Shown here piece after piece: positions 17,141 through 23,985 of a stretch of DNA of 32,000 bases. Position 1 is the stretch's first letter. Every line of letters begins with the position of its first letter. A model generated the notes under the pieces. The model was given only the letters and a program-made list of their open reading frames with translations, was not told the DNA's origin and ran no database searches. Source of the stretch: Candidatus Scalindua sp. (lineage in GTDB: Bacteria; Planctomycetota; Brocadiia; Brocadiales; Scalinduaceae); NCBI GenBank assembly GCA_031316235.1, contig JALDRA010000001.1, forward strand, positions 2,370,001-2,402,000, in the 5' to 3' direction. The position numbers and the translations under genes were made by a program.

Positions 17141-18127
17141 ATGAGGAGCTTAATTGTGTCTTTTAATGTGTATGTTACCCGAAATATTCCCAGCGACGGT
17201 ATTTCCCGATTGCGCATGATTTGCGATAACGTTGAAATAAACCCGGACGACAGATCTTTAACCTATGAAGAACTTCTGGCACAGGTAAAAGGGAGAGATG
17301 CCTTACTTACCATGCTTTCCGATACAATTGATGCAAATCTGATACATGAAGCACAAGATCTGAAGATAATTGCCAATTATGCCGTAGGGTATGACAATAT
17401 CGATATAAAAGCGGCAACTGCTAAAGGCGTTGTCGTTACCAACACCCCCGGTGTATTGACAGACAGCACGGCGGATATGGCGTGGGCGCTCCTCTTTTCC
17501 ATTGCCAGAAGAGTCGTGGAAGGTGACAGATTTACCCGTACCGGAAAATTTCTGGGTTGGGAACCTCTGCTTCTCCTGGGCGGAGATTTCAGGGAGAAGA
17601 CGCTTGGAATTATTGGCGCCGGAAGAATCGGCACAGCTGTGGCCTTGCGATCAAGAGGATGGGACATGAAGGTGCTCTATACTACATGGAGCAGCAGAAA
17701 TTCCATGCTGGAAGAGACGTTGAACGCAAAGAGGGTAGATCTGGAAACACTTTTGCGGGAATCTGATTTTGTCTCTATCAATACCCGATTTTCTGAGGAG
17801 ACGAGGCATTTAATCGGGCTCAGGGAGTTTTCAAAAATGAAGCCTACGGCCTATCTCGTTAATACGGCGCGCGGAGCGGTAATTGATGAAGCGGCACTGG
17901 TAGTGGCGTTAGAGAATGGTCAGATTGCCGGAGCGGGACTGGATGTGTATGAAGATGAGCCGGGACTAAAACCCGGCCTGGCCGAGCTGAATAACGTTGT
18001 CCTTGCTCCGCACCTTGGCAGTGCAACCATCGAAACCCGCACAAAAATGTCTCTCATGGCTGCGGAGAATATCATAGCCGTCTTAAACAATCGGAAACCG
18101 GAAAATGCGGTTAATCCTCAAGTATAA
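17141..18127 (+). CDS. D-isomer-specific 2-hydroxyacid dehydrogenase (glyoxylate/hydroxypyruvate reductase-like)
   Basis: GIIGAGRIGTAVA NAD fold, YLVNTARGAVIDE, AGLDVYEDEP, LAPHLGSAT. The listed ORF starts at GTG 17096. ATG 17141, or GTG 17156 (GAGGAG 6 nt upstream, giving MSFNVYVTRNIP), is more plausible. Confidence 0.88.
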   Translation: MRSLIVSFNVYVTRNIPSDGISRLRMICDNVEINPDDRSLTYEELLAQVKGRDALLTMLSDTIDANLIHEAQDLKIIANYAVGYDNIDIKAATAKGVVVTNTPGVLTDSTADMAWALLFSIARRVVEGDRFTRTGKFLGWEPLLLLGGDFREKTLGIIGAGRIGTAVALRSRGWDMKVLYTTWSSRNSMLEETLNAKRVDLETLLRESDFVSINTRFSEETRHLIGLREFSKMKPTAYLVNTARGAVIDEAALVVALENGQIAGAGLDVYEDEPGLKPGLAELNNVVLAPHLGSATIETRTKMSLMAAENIIAVLNNRKPENAVNPQV

Positions 18128-18137
18128 ACGCAGAAAT

Positions 18138-18953
18138 ATGATCATTGTGGCAGCAGTAAAAAAAGTAAGAAAACACTCTCTTTCCTGTCTGAGTGTTTGT
18201 TCTTTCGCAGTAGCAGTATTTTTTTTCAATACACACTGTTTTTCCGCTCAAATTTCAGTAACGTGGTCACCGAATATCGAAAAAAATATTGCAGGGTATA
18301 AAGTATACTATGGAGACTCAAGCAGGAATTATAATAACAGCATTGACGTTGGCAGCAGGACAAGTTACACGATATCAAATCTTAGAGAGGGGAATACGTA
18401 TTTCATCGGAATAACTGCATACGATTTCAATGGTAATGAGAGTGGTTACTCCGATGAAATACGTTACGATGCCTCGACTCCTGTTAACAATTCTCCACTC
18501 GAATCTTTAGAAGGTACGCAGAAGACGCTGCACACAAAAAGAACCAATGACGGTTTCGTATACGCTGCAAAACATTCTCGTGTTGTTCACCTCCCTGATT
18601 GTGAAAAACTTATTTCCGGCATTGAAGGTGAAACAAAAAAAGGTGAAACGGTTCAGGCATCTGATTCCAAAATAGATGCTTTGCATAACCAGATAACTCA
18701 GATAGAAAAAGAGATTACAGAGTTGCGTAAGAAGTATTTTGATGAATACCCGAAAATCGTTCAACGGAAAAAGCAAATAACTGGTCTGGAAAAACAGATA
18801 GAGGAAGAATCTCTCAGGAACGTCAACAAGCAGAACATAAACAAAAATCCTGGATCAAACAATCTGCTTGAAACTGAAAACGTAGTGACATTCCCCTCTT
18901 TAGAAGAAGCCATGGAAGAGGGTGCTGTTGCGTGTCCTGTCTGTAATCCGTGA
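18138..18953 (+). CDS. Secreted FN3-domain protein with a coiled coil and a split Cys/His motif
   Basis: Signal-like LSCLSVCSFAVAVFFFNTHCFSAQ. FN3 domain ISVTWSPN...IAGYKVYYG...YTISNLREGNTYFIGITAYDFNGNESGYS. Coiled coil IDALHNQITQIEKEITELRKKY...LEKQIEEE. C-terminal ACPVCNP. Confidence 0.7.
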   Translation: MIIVAAVKKVRKHSLSCLSVCSFAVAVFFFNTHCFSAQISVTWSPNIEKNIAGYKVYYGDSSRNYNNSIDVGSRTSYTISNLREGNTYFIGITAYDFNGNESGYSDEIRYDASTPVNNSPLESLEGTQKTLHTKRTNDGFVYAAKHSRVVHLPDCEKLISGIEGETKKGETVQASDSKIDALHNQITQIEKEITELRKKYFDEYPKIVQRKKQITGLEKQIEEESLRNVNKQNINKNPGSNNLLETENVVTFPSLEEAMEEGAVACPVCNP

Positions 18954-19136
18954 GAAGACTGAAATATTCAGCGATTTTAAGAACATAGAGTATCACTCTT
19001 CAGGCCATATGTAATGATCCTTTCGGAAACCGGTTGTCTGCTGAAAAAAGCCGGAATAACGAAGAGGGTAGCGCATATGACAAATTATGAACGGGGCAGT
19101 ATTGCACTCGTTCCATAACCCTTAATTCCCCACATC

Positions 19137-21155
19137 TCATGACCATTTTTTCTGTTGTGCGGGTTCATCGAGTTCAATAAACGGTTCTTCCGTCGCGGTC
19201 AGCTCCGGTTTTTCATCATCACCTGCTCCTGTTTCGGGCCTTTGCATCTCCTTTGCATTAAACTGCATTTCAAAGAGTTTTTTATACAGCCCACCGTTTG
19301 CGAGCAGCTGATGATGATGGCCTGTTTCAACTATCCTTCCGTTTTCCAGCACAACGATCAGATCAGCGTGGAGGATCGTAGAAAGCCGGTGGGCGATTAC
19401 AAACGTGGTACGGTCTTTCACCAGGCGGTAAATAGCGTTTTGAATGAGCTGTTCGGTTTCAGTATCCACGGAGGAGGTAGCCTCATCCAGGATCAGAATT
19501 CGAGGATTGGCAAGGATGGCCCGGGCAATGGCGATACGCTGCTTTTGCCCCCCGGAGAGTTTAACTCCCCGCTCACCGATGAGAGAGTCGTAACCGTTTG
19601 CAAGCCCCATAATAAAGTCGTGGGCGTTGGCTGCCCTTGCCGCGGTTTCTATTTCATCGTCAGAAGCTCCGGAACGTGCATACGCAATATTTACCTTGAC
19701 TGTATCGTTAAAGAGAAAGGTTTCCTGGAGTACCATGGCCATCTGCTTTCGCAGAGAATGAAGTTTGACGTCCTTTATATTGCAACCGTCAATGAGAATA
19801 TCTCCCCTGTTCGGGTCGTAAAACCTGGGTATCAGGTTCGTGAGGGTAGTTTTACCGCTGCCGCTTGGCCCGACAAAGGCAATCATCTTGCCCGGCAGCG
19901 CCTTTAGGGAAATATCCGTTAAGACCTCAGAATCCTTATGGTAACCGAAGTGCACGTTTCTGAATTCAACCGTACCCCGCACGGGAGGGAGATCGAAAGC
20001 GTTCGGAGAATCCTGCAGATCTGCGGGAGTATCCAGCACCTCGAAAACCCGTTCAGTTGAGGCAATGGCCCGTTGCACCTGGTTGTAAAAACGTGTTAGT
20101 CCCGTAATGGGGCCGTACATCATCTGGAGATAGGGAAAGAAAATGACAAAGGTACCGGCGGAGAGCTGCCCCTGCAGTACCCTGTATCCACCCAGGCAGA
20201 TCACAACTACAGCACCTGTTTCGGTTATCAGATCAACGATCGGTCGCAGGGTAGAAACAAGCTTGAGTATCCGAACATGCAGGTAGTAGTTTTCATAGTT
20301 TTTCTCTTTGAACCGTTTCAATTCTTCCTCCTCTTTGGCAAAGCTGGCAATCACGCGGATACCGGAGATGTTATCCTGAATGAGCGCATTGAGATCACCG
20401 GTCTTCTCCCTGAGAGAACGGAAAATTTTCCGTATCCTCTTTCCAAAATTATAGGTGCAGAGGGAGATAAAGGGACAGACAATTAAGACGATACTCGTAA
20501 GCTGCCAATCGAGTTTCATACAAAAATAGAGTATCCATACAAACTTGAACATGTCGGTAATAAAGGTGATTACCGGGCCGACAATCGCCTGTTCCAGTGA
20601 ATTGACATCGTTCATGAGGCGGCTCATAATGTCGCCGGTCTTGTTGTTTTCAAAATAGTTGAGAGGAAATCGCTGGATGTGCCCATAGAGCTGGTTCCGC
20701 AGATCATAAACGAGCCTTTGTCCCAACTCAGAGGTAATAAAACCGTGAGCCATGGTGATTCCGCTGCCCAGGGTATGCATAAGTATGAAGCTTGCGGCAA
20801 GAAATATAAGCATAAAGAGAGTGGAATGGTAATCTCCGAACCAGCGCTCATGTACATAATCGGAAGCCGTCAAGAGCGGTCTGGAAAGGGGTATGGGACT
20901 TGTTCGTCCGGACGATCGACTGCCGGATTCGAATTCAATGCTTTCATGACTGCTATCCCCGTTTTGTCCAGACTGATCCGATAATCTTATTTCGTCTACC
21001 GCAATACCCAATATTTGAGTTGGTAATACAGCAATGTATGCACTGGTTGCAGAAAGAAGGATGATAATAAGCGTCCTTCGCCAGTAGGGTTTCAAATAAC
21101 CCAGCAATCTGAAATAGGTGCTTTTCGGGGGTGTGCTCCTCGATGTCTTTGTCAT
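19137..21155 (-). CDS. ABC exporter, fused permease/ATPase (MsbA/multidrug type)
   Basis: Walker A GPSGSGKTT, signature LSGGQKQRIAIARA, Walker B ILILDEATSSVD, six-TM N-terminal half. The listed start is TTG 21170; the ATG at 21155 (MTKTSRSTPPKSTYFRLLGYLKPYW) is preferred. A Ser/Gly-rich insert lies after TM1, and the C-terminal tail is acidic. Confidence 0.9.
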   Translation of the reverse strand: MTKTSRSTPPKSTYFRLLGYLKPYWRRTLIIILLSATSAYIAVLPTQILGIAVDEIRLSDQSGQNGDSSHESIEFESGSRSSGRTSPIPLSRPLLTASDYVHERWFGDYHSTLFMLIFLAASFILMHTLGSGITMAHGFITSELGQRLVYDLRNQLYGHIQRFPLNYFENNKTGDIMSRLMNDVNSLEQAIVGPVITFITDMFKFVWILYFCMKLDWQLTSIVLIVCPFISLCTYNFGKRIRKIFRSLREKTGDLNALIQDNISGIRVIASFAKEEEELKRFKEKNYENYYLHVRILKLVSTLRPIVDLITETGAVVVICLGGYRVLQGQLSAGTFVIFFPYLQMMYGPITGLTRFYNQVQRAIASTERVFEVLDTPADLQDSPNAFDLPPVRGTVEFRNVHFGYHKDSEVLTDISLKALPGKMIAFVGPSGSGKTTLTNLIPRFYDPNRGDILIDGCNIKDVKLHSLRKQMAMVLQETFLFNDTVKVNIAYARSGASDDEIETAARAANAHDFIMGLANGYDSLIGERGVKLSGGQKQRIAIARAILANPRILILDEATSSVDTETEQLIQNAIYRLVKDRTTFVIAHRLSTILHADLIVVLENGRIVETGHHHQLLANGGLYKKLFEMQFNAKEMQRPETGAGDDEKPELTATEEPFIELDEPAQQKKWS

Positions 21156-21177
21156 ATCTGAACGTTTCAATCGGGTT

Positions 21178-21289
21178 TATACTCATCTTACAATGGTTTT
21201 CGGATAAAATCCGAGATAAAATTGCGCGAGTATACCTTCACCAGGATTTGGTTTCCGGTAAAACCGAAAACCAAATCGATTTTAGTATA
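21178..21289 (+). repeat. Intergenic three-hairpin repeat, copy 5 (short form)
   Basis: TATACTCATCTTACAATGGTTTTCGGATAAAATCCGAG...GATTTGGTTTCCGGTaaaACCGAAAACCAAATC...TTTAGTATA. The third hairpin pairs at 14 of 15 positions. The copy begins 23 nt upstream of the ABC ATG. Confidence 0.9.
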
Positions 21290-21456
21290 ATACCTGTTCC
21301 TTCCCTACTTCCAGCGCGAACGATTTTTTACCTGAACAGAGAGACAGCCTCTCCTTTGTCTCCTCCTTGGCCGGGGTGTGTGGGGCACATTTGAGCTTTC
21401 AGCTTTGAGCCAGTTTGCCATCAGCGGTGATCTTTCTGTCGCGTACCAGATAGTAT

Positions 21457-21470
21457 CATTTTAGTATAAT
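21457..21470 (+). repeat. Solo 3'-terminal fragment of the repeat family
   Basis: Within CATTTTAGTATAAT, the 14-mer ATTTTAGTATAATA (21458-21471) is identical to the 3' junction of copy 5 (21278-21291). Both copies contain a perfect TATAAT hexamer. Confidence 0.5.
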
Positions 21471-21557
21471 AATAGCAGAAAATGCTAAAAAGTGGGAAAT
21501 CTTTTAAAATAATACATTAATTCAGTTTTCTGCAGCCGGCTGAATGAAAAATACAAC

Positions 21558-21694
21558 GTTAGCTGGTGGTTGAACGAAAACTGCCCAGATTCAAGGCGCG
21601 TACTGATTTTGTAACCGGAGCGTACTCAAGTACGTGAGTATTTCGAAATCAGTACAGAACGCCGTAGATGGGTAGTTTTCGTTCAACCACTAAC
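21558..21694. repeat. 137-nt near-perfect nested hairpin (palindromic element)
   Basis: The outer arms are GTTAGcTGGTGGTTGAACGAAAACTgCCCA (21558-21587) and TGGGTAGTTTTCGTTCAACCACTAAC (21669-21694). The inner arms are GTACTGATTT / AAATCAGTAC and CGTACT / AGTACG. The right end touches the TAG stop (21694-21696) of the DUF1848 gene. Confidence 0.85.
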
Positions 21695-22578
21695 TATCTT
21701 CCAGGCAGCTGAGTACTTTCCGGGTTGTGCAGTTTATGGCACTTTTCTGCACGATCGAAATTTGATGTAGCATAGCAGTAAACACACTCATACAGGCAGG
21801 TGTTATAGCTCCCGATATCACGGCTTTCTACGCAGTGACAATTTTTTCGCTGTGTTAAATCTTTTTTGCCGGTTACGGAGATATTGAAGAGCCTGGTGAT
21901 CAGCTGATCATCAACGCATTTACCCGGACTGACGCCATAGGGGTGAAATTCATTCTCCTCGGCACAGGAATATATCTCCACCCCGTATCTGTGTGCAATT
22001 TCCAACAAGTTGGTAATGATATCTCTCATGGTATCGGGTTTTGGTCTCTCAATGAAATGGCCCTCATGTACAATCTTATCAAGACGTTTTTGAATTTTAC
22101 GGTAGAAATCTACAAAGCTGATAATGGATCGTTTTGTAGATCCGTGCAGACGGGAAGTTATTTTTTCATACGTTTGAAGATGAAAATCCTGTGTCATGTC
22201 GTCAGCTAGAACAATGGGGTCGTATCTCCAGATTACTTTTTCCGGCCCTATTATCTCTGCCAGTTTTCGAAACGTCCCTATTCTGGTTTCCACATCCGGC
22301 ATTTTGGGATCGAGGTATCCTGGATTATCCATCAGGGTGTAAAGAAAGTAGTAACGGTATCCGAGTGAATCCAGCTCTGACAGCCTGGGCATGAGAGGTT
22401 TCGGGTTGCGAGTCCAGAAGACAATGACATCTACGTCTTCCGCTCGAAGCGAAATTCGTGAGACCTGGTGAGAATTATAAGGGTTTTGCACTTCACAGAA
22501 TCCTGCATGAATACGATTCATGAACCATTCAGCATAAAATGCAGGAATGTCCGTACGTCTACTGGCACTGATTATCAT
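21694..22578 (-). CDS. DUF1848 family protein (C-terminal Cys cluster)
   Basis: MIISASRRTDIPAFYAEWFMNRI...VIVFWTRNPKP...WRYDPIV and C-terminal CHCVESRDIGSYNTCLYECVYCYA. This matches DUF1848 as I remember it. Confidence 0.75.
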   Translation of the reverse strand: MIISASRRTDIPAFYAEWFMNRIHAGFCEVQNPYNSHQVSRISLRAEDVDVIVFWTRNPKPLMPRLSELDSLGYRYYFLYTLMDNPGYLDPKMPDVETRIGTFRKLAEIIGPEKVIWRYDPIVLADDMTQDFHLQTYEKITSRLHGSTKRSIISFVDFYRKIQKRLDKIVHEGHFIERPKPDTMRDIITNLLEIAHRYGVEIYSCAEENEFHPYGVSPGKCVDDQLITRLFNISVTGKKDLTQRKNCHCVESRDIGSYNTCLYECVYCYATSNFDRAEKCHKLHNPESTQLPGR

Positions 22579-22917
22579 GTTGGGTTTCCCTTATCATTGA
22601 GGTAAAAAAACAATGAACACTTGTTCTCAAAATTTCATAGTATCATATTATTTTTTATCTTGCAAAACAGGAATCATCTCTCATATTATCAAGTTTCTGA
22701 CAAAATATGTATTGAGTCTTTGAGGTCTGAGCTAGACGGATGAGATATTGGCCATTATAAGAGATTACGTGGAGTCGACCAAACATCGTTGCAGGCGGTT
22801 ATGAAAGATCTTGAAAACTTTACTCAACCGATCACCGAATATGTATTTGACGAAATTAACAAGTAGTTCATGAAATTTGTAGATTTTTTCCTTATTTATT
22901 GCGCTGAAGGCGTAAGT

Positions 22918-22963
22918 CCAAAATCCCTGAAACTGCCATGGAAGGCAGTTTTAGGGATTTTGG
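22918..22963. other. 20-bp stem hairpin upstream of the glycosylase gene
   Basis: CCAAAATCCCTGAAACTGCC-atggaa-GGCAGTTTTAGGGATTTTGG, with one G-T position. It ends 35 nt before the ATG at 22998. No U-tract. Confidence 0.75.
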
Positions 22964-22997
22964 AAAAGTTAGCCAGGATGGTCTAACTTGAAACATT

Positions 22998-23840
22998 ATG
23001 ACTGAACAGGGAAAACCAAACAAAATACAAACACCTGCAGCTGTCCGTAAATTTCAGAAGGAGATCTATTCTCACTATCACGAACATGGACGTGACCTTC
23101 CCTGGAGGGAGACAGGTGATCCGTATTGCATCCTCGTTTCAGAAATTATGCTTCAGCAGACGCAGGTGCAGAGGGTTTTGGAAAAGTATGACAAGTTTAT
23201 CAAACAATTCCCTGATTTTCCTTCGCTTGCCAGGGCACCGTTACAGAAGATACTCAGCCAGTGGCAGGGATTAGGCTATAACCGGCGGGCGATGGCCTTG
23301 AAACAGATTGCCCAAAAAGTTGTGAATGAGTTTAATGGCACTCTTCCCTCATCTGGAGAGACGCTTACGACATTTCCCGGGATAGGGAAGGCGACTGCCG
23401 GTGCAGTTACCGCCTTTGCGTATCACCAACCTGCCGTCTTTATTGAGACAAACATCCGCAGGGTATACATTCACCTCTTTTTTAAGGACAGGGGTGATAT
23501 CAGGGATACCGAAATCCTCCCCATCGTACAGAAAACACTTGATACTTCAAATCCACGGGAGTGGTATTATGCACTTATGGATTATGGTGTAATGATAAAG
23601 GGAAAGTATGAAAACCCGAACAGGAGAAGTGCTCACTATAACAAACAGCCCCCTTTTGAGGGCTCCAACAGGCAGATTCGAGGAATGATACTCAGGTTGC
23701 TCATTCAGGAATCAGCTGTTTCAGAACATGAAATTGTGCAGAAAATCAATAAAGATGAGGGTAAAACAGGAAATATTCTTGTGCAGCTTGTCAATGAAGG
23801 GTTTATCAAAAAGGGGGGAGGAAAGTTTTCTTTAACGTAG
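22998..23840 (+). CDS. HhH-GPD DNA glycosylase, MutY/Nth-like core without an Fe-S cluster loop, C-terminal winged-helix-like tail
   Basis: PYCILVSEIMLQQTQVQRV, QGLGYNRRA, the HhH segment LTTFPGIGKATAGAVTAFAY, and FIETNIRRV where MutY has LDGNVKRV. The whole protein has a single Cys. There is no NUDIX-like domain. Confidence 0.8.
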   Translation: MTEQGKPNKIQTPAAVRKFQKEIYSHYHEHGRDLPWRETGDPYCILVSEIMLQQTQVQRVLEKYDKFIKQFPDFPSLARAPLQKILSQWQGLGYNRRAMALKQIAQKVVNEFNGTLPSSGETLTTFPGIGKATAGAVTAFAYHQPAVFIETNIRRVYIHLFFKDRGDIRDTEILPIVQKTLDTSNPREWYYALMDYGVMIKGKYENPNRRSAHYNKQPPFEGSNRQIRGMILRLLIQESAVSEHEIVQKINKDEGKTGNILVQLVNEGFIKKGGGKFSLT

Positions 23841-23985
23841 AGGAAAAAACTGGATATTTCCGTTCAACAAGTTAGAATATCAACTGGCGGGGTGAAGGGC
23901 ACTACCCTTCTGCTGCAACGCTGCAGGAAGTCTTTAAACCTCAAGCATTCAGAGTAAAAAGTGATAGAATTTATTGGGATGTAAA

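Noticed and set aside
16780-19006. Shared 13-mer CTTCAGGCCATAT at 16780-16792 and 18994-19006
   Set aside because: A rough estimate is that a few 13-mer coincidences are expected by chance in 32 kb, and there is no extended similarity around either site.
19155-19907. 250-aa antisense ORF inside the ABC transporter ATPase domain
   Set aside because: It fully overlaps canonical Walker A, signature and Walker B coding on the opposite strand. It has no recognisable motifs or RBS, so it is a typical shadow ORF.
21558-21694. Integron attC-like site
   Set aside because: The element begins GTTAG... and ends ...CTAAC. That is the reverse of the RYYYAAC...GTTRRRY order of attC core sites, and no integrase or cassette structure is nearby.
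22740-22866. Start-less frame DIGHYKRLRGVDQTSLQAVMKDLENFTQPITEYVFDEINK
   Set aside because: No start codon and no family recognised. It is possibly a gene remnant, but I cannot support it as a feature.
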